DNA from: Alphaproteobacteria bacterium
GTDB taxonomy: Bacteria > Pseudomonadota > Alphaproteobacteria > UBA7887
Direction of reading: 5' to 3'
Assembly: GCA_965216755.1 (NCBI GenBank)
Contig: CBDCGL010000011.1
Location: 4,768,001 to 4,832,000 of the forward strand
Length of the DNA: 64,000 nt
The notes under the pieces are model-generated. The model was given only the letters and a program-made list of their open reading frames with translations. It had not been told where the DNA came from and did not search any database. Shown piece after piece: positions 39,319 through 48,836 of the stretch. The stretch's first letter is position 1. Every line of letters begins with the position of its first letter. The translations under genes were made by a program, and so were the position numbers.

Positions 39319-40003
39319 CGCTGATGCCCCGATGAGACACGATGCCGGCGACGGTGATCGCCGCCTCGCGTCTCGGACGGACGTCACCAGTACGCTGCCA
39401 TTGCTCAACCCAATTGATCACCGTTGAAGCCGCGGCCCCACCCTACCAACATCCCGCGCGCCATGCTCTGTGCCACGCTCACAACTTTATATGCCACGAA
39501 ATCCGTTCGTATGATCATGAGTTGTCTCTTGCCTCGGGCTTCGGGAAAAGCGAGTGCGTTCGGCCGCGCACGACACGACGACACCCGGCAACTACCGAAA
39601 CAACACGGTCACGCCATGAACCCGTGACCGTAACATACGTGGCAACGTTTTTGCTGTGGCGCATCATGACCTCGTTTCTGGCTGTTGGTGGGGTGGCCGC
39701 GGCGTAGACAGACACCTCGTTTAAACCCCATCAAAAAGTCAGATCCGCCACATGGCCGATATTTGCGCGACCACACGGGCCTTATTTTGCTCTCTCCACG
39801 ACACTTTTGGACACGCCGAACACCACGCACCTGTCCTTGCCAACCAAGTTGGGGTTTTGTACCACGGCGACGGCTTTCGATTGGCCACATCTGTTGGGTG
39901 ACACGCCTTTCGCCTGGGTCTTGTCGGACACGCGCCGCTTTATGCCCTATATTTCATGCAGGCGCGATACACTAATGGCCCAAGAGGAGTGGTCGAAAAT
40001 CCG

Positions 40004-41638
40004 ATGCTGAGGACATTCGCTTTCTACAGATTTATATTCATGCTTGGATTGGTCGGCGGCGCCGCGTTCCTTTATTTCAAACCTTGGCCGTATGACGCTC
40101 TGCGCCAAGCCTATCGTGGCACCGATCCAGCTGTCCAGATTGGCCTGTCCCGACGGATTTCCTCTCAGTTCATTGACCTTGACCTGCAAAAGCTTTCATT
40201 CGTCGCGAATAACTCGTACGACGATTCCGCTGGTGCCATAGCGCCCGCCGGCGGACTGGGTATTTATATGAACGATGCGCTGCTCGTCGACGGTCACGGC
40301 AAGCTCTTCTTCCTCAGCCTTGACGATCTGCAATTCCATCGTCTCAACATCGAGCCACCGCCGAATGGCCGACGTGAACTTTATGCATATGACGACCGAG
40401 AAAGTCCGCCGAAATATGAAGCAGACGATTGGCACCGCTACACAGACGTCGCCTACAACAACGGCTATATATACCTGATCTATTCCCATTTTGACTTGGA
40501 GTTGGCGTGTTTTGCAACACGTGTCTCACGGTTAGCGGTCACCGCGCCAATCATCGAATTTCGTGCGGACGTGCATGATTGGGAAACTATCTTTTCAAGC
40601 CAACCGTGCTTTGGTTTCAGAGATCGCCGGCACGCCTACGCCGGGCAGCAGGCTGGCGGCAAGTTGGCTGTTTCCGTCGACGGTAAGCGCCTTTTCATGA
40701 CGATCGGTGACTACGAATTCGACGGCCTCAACGTTCCCAACTACCCACAGGATAGGACCGTTGACTATGGCAAGGTTCTTGAACTCGATCTCGAAAGCGA
40801 GAGCAAGCGCCGCGTTGTGTCGATCGGCCATCGCAATCAACAAGGTATTACCGTCACGCCCGACGGGGCGATTTGGTCGACCGAACACGGCCCCCAAGGC
40901 GGCGATGAACTGAATTTGGTAATTGAGGGCGGCAACTATGGTTGGCCCTACGAGACCTATGGCACACTGTACGGCCAACGAGACTGGCCTGTTGCCGAAA
41001 ACAAAGGACGCCATGAACGATTCAGGCAACCGAGTTGGGCCTGGGTACCGTCCGTCGGCACGAGTAGCGTTACCTATGTGCGTGATTTTCACGAAACTTG
41101 GGATGGTAATCTTGTTGTCGGCAGCCTGAAAGGCATGTCGCTCTTCAGAGTTGTGACCGATGGTGCTCACGTTATCACGATGGAGCGGGTAGAGATCGGC
41201 GAACGCGTGCGTGAAATCATTGGTCATCGCGGATTTCTGTTGGCCTACATGGATACAGGCAACATCTTTCGCATCGGTGCGGTGACGCCACCGCTCAACG
41301 ATCACGTCGAACGGCTTAGGACTTTGCTTTCCGCCACGACGCTGGAACATATGGACGCGTGTCTGGAATGCCACGGCCGCGGTATTGCAAGCGATGCGCC
41401 AACATTGTGTACGGTTTTAGGCCGAGAAATCGGCGGCGACAAATTTGCCAACTACTCGGACGCACTCAAGCGACAATCCGGGGTCTGGGACAGCAAGAAA
41501 CTCGCGTCTTTTCTGGAGAACGCCGAGGGCATCATTCCGGGCACCACCATGCCCAACCCGGGCATCGCCGACCCAGAGATCCGAATGGACATTGTCGACA
41601 ATCTCAGCTATTTCTGCGCGTCAGATCCGGCACCATAG
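40004..41638 (+). CDS. Membrane-anchored PQQ-dependent sugar-dehydrogenase-like beta-propeller fused to a C-terminal cytochrome c
   Basis: SIGHRNQQG, STEHGPQGGDELN, GGNYGWP, WVPSVG; C-terminal CLECH...YSDAL...IPGTTM. Confidence 0.85.
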   Translation: MLRTFAFYRFIFMLGLVGGAAFLYFKPWPYDALRQAYRGTDPAVQIGLSRRISSQFIDLDLQKLSFVANNSYDDSAGAIAPAGGLGIYMNDALLVDGHGKLFFLSLDDLQFHRLNIEPPPNGRRELYAYDDRESPPKYEADDWHRYTDVAYNNGYIYLIYSHFDLELACFATRVSRLAVTAPIIEFRADVHDWETIFSSQPCFGFRDRRHAYAGQQAGGKLAVSVDGKRLFMTIGDYEFDGLNVPNYPQDRTVDYGKVLELDLESESKRRVVSIGHRNQQGITVTPDGAIWSTEHGPQGGDELNLVIEGGNYGWPYETYGTLYGQRDWPVAENKGRHERFRQPSWAWVPSVGTSSVTYVRDFHETWDGNLVVGSLKGMSLFRVVTDGAHVITMERVEIGERVREIIGHRGFLLAYMDTGNIFRIGAVTPPLNDHVERLRTLLSATTLEHMDACLECHGRGIASDAPTLCTVLGREIGGDKFANYSDALKRQSGVWDSKKLASFLENAEGIIPGTTMPNPGIADPEIRMDIVDNLSYFCASDPAP

Positions 41639-41890
41639 GATCGGGTCCCGGTCCAGGCGCCACGCTCCGACTATGATCCTGCGGCTCCAACGTGGCAGCA
41701 ATTTGACCGCATTGTAGGCTCCCAGTCATCGTGGCTAAGTATGGCAAAATCGGAGCCACGTTGCCCGCCGCTATCTGTGTCGCCACGATCATGACATATC
41801 CCAAACAATCGTACATCTGTTCTGTGGGATGAAGAATAGGCTGGCGCCCTGGACCAAACTAGAGCAGTGCATGGAAAGAATGATCTAACC

Positions 41891-43207
41891 ATGAACAGAA
41901 GACTTGGACGATATATCATCAGTACATTTGTGTTGATAATCGTCATGTTTGTCTCTGGATATTTGGGATACAAAGCCCATGAACATCGCCTATTCCCATT
42001 AAATTCCTTCGTAAAACGCACCCTTAAGGAACTTGGTGTGTTGGACGACGCCTATCGTTTGAGAGACCAGCAAAGAGTACAGATAGTCGAATCCATATTT
42101 AGGACTATTGAAGTGGAAACAGCATACTACAATTTCGAAGGTAAGGTTTATGACCTTCCAACGTCCGACCAAACAAAATATGGCGGCATCGCGAAATTTG
42201 GCGAAGGCTTGGTGTTTGTAGATGGCGATGGCTTGATTTGGTATTTTGAGAATGGCAACTTCCACAATCTTAGCGTTAATCCAGTACCAAATAACAAAAG
42301 CGCGTATCTGGATCGTGTGAGAAATATTGAAGAAATAGAGACCGAACTATTCGCAGTACGAGATATCGCGATTATTGAGCGCTCTAGTGAAAATATGTTT
42401 TATCTCTTTGCGTCGGCTACTGAGTACGATGCCTCAAGGGACTGCGTGACCCTGACGGTCTACCGGACACCGATTGCCGAAGCGACAGACAGTGCCCCCA
42501 CGGTCGGTGAGTGGTCGACATTCTTTAACACAGCGACATGTCCTGAGGGCGAACTCTTCGACTTGCGCGAGGTTGGCGGACGCATCATTGAATACTCGGC
42601 AACCGACTTATTGATTTCGGTGGGAGACTTCTATCGCGACGGTGTATACGGCTCCCAATTGGTGCAAAATGCCGAGACCCACTATGGAAAAATCATCAGC
42701 CTTAACCTAGACACACTTGCAGTAGAGATTGTCTCGACGGGTCACCGCAATCCTCAAGGTCTGGTCATGACGGAAAGCGGCCAGGTCTTCTCAAGCGAAC
42801 ATGGCCCTCAGGGTGGGGATGAGGTGAATCTCATTTTGCCCGGCCGCAATTATGGATGGCCGCTGGTGACTTTTGGCACAAACTACGGCGAAAATTCTTG
42901 GCCCTTAGACAAAAGCTCTAAGGATCATTCTGGCTATGAGAAACCAATCTTTTCTTGGGTCCCTAGCGTTGGTATATCGAATCTTGTTGAAATACGCGGC
43001 CAAGCTTTTCCATTTTGGAAGAACGACTTGCTGGTTGGTTCTCTCAAGAGCGAAACATTATTTCGGATCAAATTAAATGGTGTTTCTGCAATTGTTATTG
43101 AACCAATATATATTGGCTCTCGCATTCGAGACATCATCCCATTTGATGGGGGGTTTGCGCTACAATCCGATATGGAAAACCAGCTCATATTGCTTCGGCC
43201 AACCTAG
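41891..43207 (+). CDS. PQQ-dependent sugar-dehydrogenase-like protein (no cytochrome domain), low GC
   Basis: STGHRNPQG, SEHGPQGGDEVN, NYGWP, WVPSVGIS, GSRIRD; N-terminal TM. Confidence 0.85.
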   Translation: MNRRLGRYIISTFVLIIVMFVSGYLGYKAHEHRLFPLNSFVKRTLKELGVLDDAYRLRDQQRVQIVESIFRTIEVETAYYNFEGKVYDLPTSDQTKYGGIAKFGEGLVFVDGDGLIWYFENGNFHNLSVNPVPNNKSAYLDRVRNIEEIETELFAVRDIAIIERSSENMFYLFASATEYDASRDCVTLTVYRTPIAEATDSAPTVGEWSTFFNTATCPEGELFDLREVGGRIIEYSATDLLISVGDFYRDGVYGSQLVQNAETHYGKIISLNLDTLAVEIVSTGHRNPQGLVMTESGQVFSSEHGPQGGDEVNLILPGRNYGWPLVTFGTNYGENSWPLDKSSKDHSGYEKPIFSWVPSVGISNLVEIRGQAFPFWKNDLLVGSLKSETLFRIKLNGVSAIVIEPIYIGSRIRDIIPFDGGFALQSDMENQLILLRPT

Positions 43208-43554
43208 CAGGCTGCTGAAAAACGACGCGTCTTAAGCACGGTATCATGATTCTCTGGTGGGGCAGGATGGGGGATGCGATGCGTGGTCAGGACGGTCGGA
43301 GCGGTGATCTTTTTGGCTATGTGGATCTCGAGGAATGGGTTGCGAGGAAGCATCCTTTGCGCTTGATCCGGGTGATCGTGGACGATGTGCTTGAGAATTT
43401 ATCGGCGGAGCTTGGCTCGGTTTATTCGGATTTGGGGCGGCCATCGATAGCGCCTGAGAAGCTTTTGCGCGCGCTGTTGTTGCAAGCGGCTTATTCGATC
43501 CGATCCGAACGTCAACTGATGGAACAGCTGGAATTCAACTTGCTCTACCGCTAG
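43208..43554 (+). mobile_element. IS5-family (DUF772-type) element, 5' fragment
   Basis: CTAG followed by end CAGGCTGCTGAAAAA; MRG...HPLR.IR...GRPSIAPEKLLRALLLQ..YSIRSERQLMEQL.FNLLYR, cut by IS1380. Confidence 0.8.
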
Positions 43555-44512
43555 CCCAAATATCTCACGAGTGTGTTGATCGTGAGCGCAGTAGGCAGGA
43601 CGAGCTGGGTCGGGGCAATCACAGGTGACGAAGACCAGCGGGGCCGTGGCACCTTTGGTGTGGTTTCGACCAGAGCTGCGGTGTCCTGGTTGCGGGAAGA
43701 GATCAGGGCGCGGTTTACGCGATCATCGACACAAGCGCATGTGGGCAAGTGTGAACTCGCTGGCGTAAGAACAGGCTGACTCCATAGCGACGCGGATGCG
43801 TCGGACACTGACCCGGACTTGGGCGCCGATCTTCAAAAGTTTGAGGCGAATGCTGGCACAGGAAGCCTTCGCCAGGCGGGTATGTTTGAGGCCGATGCGG
43901 CGCAATGTGGCAAGCAACACAAAGGCCATGGATGCAAACCAAAGGCGGAGCTGGTTGGCTTTCATGGTCGCCGCTGAGGTCCGGTCGGCAAACAAATGGA
44001 GCTGGCATTCTTTGATCCGGTTTTCCATGTCACGGCGTGCACAATAGAGCTGTTCATAAAGGCTGCGAGCATCACCGGTCTTGGCCGACAGCGAGGTGAC
44101 AATGAAGCGTGGATTGGCGCCGCGCTCGCCGTGCCCCGGCATCCACTCCGCCTTGGCGATGACCCGCCGCCGGCGGCTCCAACTGTCCAACGTTGTCCAG
44201 GGGAAATCGGCGAACCGACGCGCCGCTTCGAGCTTGCCCAGAACCGGGCCCAGAACCGGATCGTAGCGAAGCTCGTCGTGATCGATCACATCTTCATCGC
44301 CGAGCGCAATACCAAACCTCCGTTGCCCAAGCAGCGTTCGGACATCGTGCACAACCCGTTCCGCGATACGACTATCTACGAAGCAATGGGCAAACCGATC
44401 GACCAGTCCAATCGCTTGATCGGTCGCGCCAAGCAACAGAGAACCTGAATTGGCCCCCATTTCGACCGGACAGTCGGCGTAAGCAGGGAGGCTTAGGCAT
44501 AGCCCTAAGCAT

Positions 44513-44908
44513 GTGCTTATGTCTGATGACTTTCAGCGGATCGAAGTGATCACAGGAACCGCACGTCGACGGCATTGGTCGGCCCAACAAAAGCTGGCGA
44601 TTGTCGAGGAAACGCTTGCGCCTGGTGCGAGTGTTTCGGCTGTCGCCCGACGTCATGGGGTTGGCGCCAATTTAGTGTATCGTTGGCGGCGGTTGATGAA
44701 AGAAGGGGGCGCCGTGGCTGTGGGGGCAGACGAGACGGTGGTCGGCGAAGCGCAGGTCAAGAAGCTTGAGGCACAAGTACGTGAACTCGAGCGCTTGCTT
44801 GGCAAGAAGACCATGGAGGTGGAAATCCTGCGCGAGGCCCTTGAGCGGTCGCGGGCAAAAAAACCGATCTTGCACGTTGCCTCGCCGCTACGGGGCGATA
44901 CCCGATGA
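44513..44908 (+). CDS. IS3-family OrfA
   Basis: RRRHWSAQQKLAIVEET HTH plus leucine zipper; A7 slippery run at 44857-44863 (candidate -1 frameshift). Confidence 0.88.
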   Translation: MLMSDDFQRIEVITGTARRRHWSAQQKLAIVEETLAPGASVSAVARRHGVGANLVYRWRRLMKEGGAVAVGADETVVGEAQVKKLEAQVRELERLLGKKTMEVEILREALERSRAKKPILHVASPLRGDTR

Positions 44909-45732
44909 GCGCCGTGGCCAGAACGCTGGGCGTGTCGCGCTCGAACCTGTACGAGCGGACACAGGGGGCCAACCGATCGCGCGGCGCTTATCGCAAACCG
45001 GGCGACGCGGCCTTGTTGGAACTGATCCGCCGTCTTGTCGATGAACGGCCGACTTACGGCTATCGCCGGATCACGGCCCTGGCGCGCCGAGAGTTAGCGC
45101 GCGTCAACGAACCCCTGCCGAACCACAAGCGCGTCTATCGGCTCATGAAGCGACATGGTTTGTTGCTGCGCAAATCGTCTGGACGTCGTGACGGCCGTGT
45201 CCATGACGGCAAAGTCGTCGTCATGAGTTCGAACTTGCGATGGTGCTCGGACGGCTTTGAGTTCGCGTGTTGGAACGGTGACATTGTCCGCGCCGCGTTT
45301 GTCATTGATGCTCACGATCGGGAGTTGATCGCCCATGTCGCCGTTTCCGGCCGGGGCATCAGCGGTTCGGACGTGCGCGACATGATGCTCGAAGCGGTTG
45401 AAACACGGTTCGCGACACTGTCCGCGCCGCGGCGGATCGAATTCCTGTCCGACAACGGATCACCCTACACCGCCAAGGACACGCGCGACTTTGCCATGGC
45501 GCTCAATTTGGAACCATGTTTCACGCCGGTCGCCAGTCCTGAAAGCAACGGCCTTGCCGAGGCTTTTGTGAAAACCATCAAGCGCGATTATGTCCGGGTC
45601 AATCAGATCCCGGACGCCAAAACCGCGCTTGAACAAATCACCGGATGGTTCGAGGATTACAACGACAATCATCCACATTCCGGGCTCAAATGGAGATCGC
45701 CCCGCGAATTCCGAGGAGCCCAAAACACATAG
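44905..45732 (+). CDS. IS3-family OrfB DDE transposase
   Basis: YGYRRI, NHKRVYRLM, WCSDGFE, LSDNGSPY, SPESNGLAEAFVKT. Confidence 0.9.
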   Translation: MSAVARTLGVSRSNLYERTQGANRSRGAYRKPGDAALLELIRRLVDERPTYGYRRITALARRELARVNEPLPNHKRVYRLMKRHGLLLRKSSGRRDGRVHDGKVVVMSSNLRWCSDGFEFACWNGDIVRAAFVIDAHDRELIAHVAVSGRGISGSDVRDMMLEAVETRFATLSAPRRIEFLSDNGSPYTAKDTRDFAMALNLEPCFTPVASPESNGLAEAFVKTIKRDYVRVNQIPDAKTALEQITGWFEDYNDNHPHSGLKWRSPREFRGAQNT

Positions 45733-46012
45733 CCGGGTGTCCGATCAAACGGGGGCAACACCAGAACCGGCATCTGAGGTGATGGCGCCACCATCGAAAT
45801 GCGCGACCACACGGCGTCCATCAACGCGTGTAAAAACCATCGATTTCGGGGTACACTCTGTCGGCATTGGGGCGTTCCTCTGAGTTGGTTTAAGCCTTTC
45901 TTCCAAAAGAACTTTTCCATACTCAGTGCACCCATGCACTCATTTCTCGTGACATATCCGGGTTAGAGTTGGCGTTTGCTGTCGCGGCAAGGGTGGTCCT
46001 ATCGCGGTGCGC

Positions 46013-46507
46013 TCATTGATGGTCACCGTGATCCATCGGTCCTTCTGTCGCCCCAACGGCCATAATCATGGCTTCCACGGTGACATCACCGGCCTTCTCA
46101 AACGTCAATGAAACGGAGACTTTTTCACCTTCCACCAACGGCCCTTCAAGGCTCATCAGCATAATGTGGTCTCCGCCCGGCGCCAAAGTCGTCGTTGTGC
46201 CACTCGGCAGGTCTACGGCGTCAATTGCTTCCATGCGCATGATGTCTCCATCGCGGATATGGGTATGCAATTCAGCACGCACCGCGGCCGTTGTTTGAAC
46301 GCCAACAAGTCGGTCGATTTCGGCACCTGAGTTTGTGATCGTCAAATAGGCGGCTCCGTTTTGGGCCGCGCCGGCGCTCGCGCGCGCCCAAGGATTGGAA
46401 ACCATCAAGCCTTCAACCATTTTGTCTTCGGCATAACTTGCACCAGACATGGACACCAGCCCGAATGTGATTAAGCCGAAAAAGGATCGTCTTGCCAGAA
46501 TCATCAT
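46013..46507 (-). CDS. Periplasmic copper chaperone PCu(A)C
   Basis: NPWARAS..GAAYL.I.N, ELHTH...MRM, LAPGGDHIMLM; His-rich tail MDHGDHQ; RBS AAGGAG. Confidence 0.92.
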   Translation of the reverse strand: MMILARRSFFGLITFGLVSMSGASYAEDKMVEGLMVSNPWARASAGAAQNGAAYLTITNSGAEIDRLVGVQTTAAVRAELHTHIRDGDIMRMEAIDAVDLPSGTTTTLAPGGDHIMLMSLEGPLVEGEKVSVSLTFEKAGDVTVEAMIMAVGATEGPMDHGDHQ

Positions 46508-46544
46508 ATCTTCTCTCCTTACTTCTTGTTCTTCGTCGTCAAGA

Positions 46545-48132
46545 CACACGTATTGCTAACCGATCAAAAGGCGCCAATCGGATTCTAGTTGCGATCCATT
46601 GAGGTCTTGATAGATCGGGACGCCCAGTTCTAGGGCGACACGGTGACCACCCAGTGCACTTGACTGACCAACAAGATTGAATCCCGCTAACATATCGATG
46701 CGATCGCAGCCTTGGGATTTCGGGTCGGCTGTTTGAACCGGTGCTGTGATTCGTGGATCTCGGCCATCGATCTGACTGACTTTCTGGCTCTTGACGCGTA
46801 TCGGTGTGCTGATCCAGTCGGTCCAAAGGTAGCTCGCCCATGCCGTCAAATCATGTCGGTTACCAAGCGTATAGCTGGCATCGTTTTTTGCCGAGGCGGA
46901 CAACAGCGGCATATTGAACGCCCCATCCAATTTGTCCCTTCCGAGCGGTGTAGGTCGCCCCTGGTAGAAGGTCAAAGGTGCTGGAGCCCAGGTGCATTGG
47001 ATAGGGGAGCGTAAGGACGGGGCGTGTGTTCATGGGCGCTAGAGTGCTTTCCGACCACATTGAATCAATTCTGTTTGCGATCTGGCGCGGCGGTCCACAC
47101 GAAGGGCGACGCAGCGCGATGCTCGTGTCCCGAAACCGCAGTTCGTCACGTCTGACCCCAGGCACCGTACGAACTTCGGTTTCGTCAGGACACGAGCCGA
47201 ATATTTGGATCTCGTGCGGTTCACGGATCGGACGTTCGCTCTAGTGCTCGCTGCGAGATCAAGCGAACGTCCAATCCACCGCACGAGCGCATCGGGCAAG
47301 TCCGCCGACCAATGTGGTCGTCCACATGGATTCCCATTGGGGGACGCCCGCCGGTCGCAAACCCGCAGGGGCGGGCGCTTTTGTGACAATCTCGACGGCG
47401 ATGTCCTTCGCCGTATGCCCGATACGGCCTGCGGACATCGACTTGATCTTGTCACAAAATCGCTCCGGCAGAATGGTTCAATATGGTCGGAAAGTGCTCT
47501 AGGACATCGTCCGACTCATCAATTGAACCGGTGGGTAAGCTCAGCCCAGCTGTCGCATGAATGTGGTGCGTGCCATCGTCATACAGACTGAGCAATCCGG
47601 TCATTCGAATGTCGCCGGCGCCAGACGACTTTGTCGAGAACTTCCCGACGCGTGTCGCGCCGACCACGCCTTGGAACGTGACGTGGTTCATTTTCCGCAC
47701 TTGGTACGACCCCATCCCCATCTGAGTTAACCAGTCCGTTGGCGCGTGCATTGCACCGAACATATGCATGTCGGTTGTCATCTCGGTTGGGACAACACGC
47801 AAGGTTGGCGGACCCGGGTTTAGGTTGGGGCGTGCTGTTGCGATCGTCTCAGGCGTGACGCCGTCGGTGCCGAGACGGTTTCCTTCCATAGCCATGTGCA
47901 TAAAGCGATCGGACAGCATCCATTCACCGGCCGCATGCACATGGTCGCCCATAACACCGATTGGCGCATGTCCGTCAGCGCGGATCCCGGCATGATCACC
48001 CGATACGGTCAACCTACCTTCGTCCGACAAAACCTCTTCGGCAGGCACAGGCGCGCGCACTAGGGCCGCGATGCCAAGCGGGACAAACAGAGTTTTCTTG
48101 GTCGGCATCGTAGGCAAACTCCAAACGCGCAA
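46545..48132 (-). pseudogene. His/Met-rich outer-membrane transporter of copper loci, disrupted
   Basis: RADGHAPIGVMGDHVH..GEWMLS, MTTDMHMFGAM, GLSLPTGSID, LPYPMHLGS; interrupted by MITE 47039-47502, a frameshift at an A-run near 46885, and a likely TGG>TAG stop at 46556. Confidence 0.8.
47039..47502. mobile_element. Composite MITE with about 35-bp TIRs and CTAG at both ends
   Basis: CTAGAGTGCTTTCCGACCACATTGAATCAATTCTG vs (rc) CTAGAGCACTTTCCGACCATATTGAACCATTCTG; removing it rejoins DDVL|APMNTRPVLTLPYPM. Confidence 0.85.
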
Positions 48133-48240
48133 CGGATCGCATGCGACCGCCGACGCTCATATCAATAGTTCAACCTGTCAGCACGCTCCATCGCGAGCCG
48201 CAGGCCAAAATGCAAAATGAGAGAGGTGGTAGTTAAGGCG

Positions 48241-48666
48241 CTATACGGCCTTTGGTGGTCCGCGGCTGCGCACGGCAGGAACCGCCGAGCCGACAATGCG
48301 CATATTAATGGTTAGTGAGCTCGCGCAACGAAGATCAAATACCAGAAGCGCCGAAACGCACGCCCTGCTGGCCAGAGCGAGGTTCTCACAGGTCGTTGGG
48401 CATGCTTTGCACGGATCAAACTGCGATCGAGATGGTGATTCATTCTTCGAACCGTCCGTCCCAGAAATGTCTGCAAGCCACAGAACGCCGTCCGGTGCGC
48501 AGACAACAATGGTGCCAAGATCCGGCGCATCCTCGCCAGCGCCAGCATGTGCCGCGTGCTGAGATGTCGCGGCGTGACCAAACCCGACGAGCAAATGCGC
48601 AACAATTGCCCAGAATGTCAGGGCGGTGCCAAAGCGGGTCTTGCTGAGTCGAACGCCGGGGAACAT
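48241..48666 (-). CDS. DUF2946-family protein (CruR/CutF-like upstream ORF)
   Basis: Signal-like N-terminus, IVVCAPDG, CKAC, C-terminal RSRGPP; directly upstream of transporter and PCuAC. Confidence 0.8.
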   Translation of the reverse strand: MFPGVRLSKTRFGTALTFWAIVAHLLVGFGHAATSQHAAHAGAGEDAPDLGTIVVCAPDGVLWLADISGTDGSKNESPSRSQFDPCKACPTTCENLALASRACVSALLVFDLRCASSLTINMRIVGSAVPAVRSRGPPKAV

Positions 48667-48789
48667 GAGCGCGTAAAACAATCCCTTAACAATTGTCCGG
48701 TCACCGTAGCGCGCCGGCGAAGGCATTGTCTAGAGTGCAATTGTCGCCTGCCGGATACGACAAATATGGCCTTTGCTATTGCACCATAC

Positions 48790-48813
48790 CGATGTATTTT
48801 ATCGAATATAACG
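48790..48813. promoter_or_regulatory. ModE binding site
   Basis: CG-A-TGTATT-N6-AATATA-A-CG vs consensus CG-N-TATATA-N6-TATATA-N-CG; about 23 bp upstream of modA. Confidence 0.75.
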
Positions 48814-48836
48814 CTATGTTGCGTTAAGAGGCAGAT

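Larger units (their letters stand above)
44446..45763 (+). mobile_element. IS3-family (IS2 group) element, apparently intact
   Basis: IRs TGAATTGGCCCCCATTTCGACCGGACA / TGTCCGATCAAACGGGGGCAACACCA; 5-bp target duplication GAACC (44441-44445, 45764-45768), single in IS1380 copy 2; 1318 bp. Confidence 0.93.
43555..45962 (-). mobile_element. IS1380-family element, copy 3 (both IRs, internal deletion, interrupted by IS3)
   Basis: IRs CCCAAATATCTCACGA / CCCGGATATGTCACGA; flanked by CTAG and TTAG. Confidence 0.88.

Noticed and set aside
39320-40000. Possible ncRNA or riboswitch in long spacers (also 52560-53260, 57470-57800)
   Set aside because: No known RNA motif recognisable by eye; an Rfam/Infernal scan would be needed.
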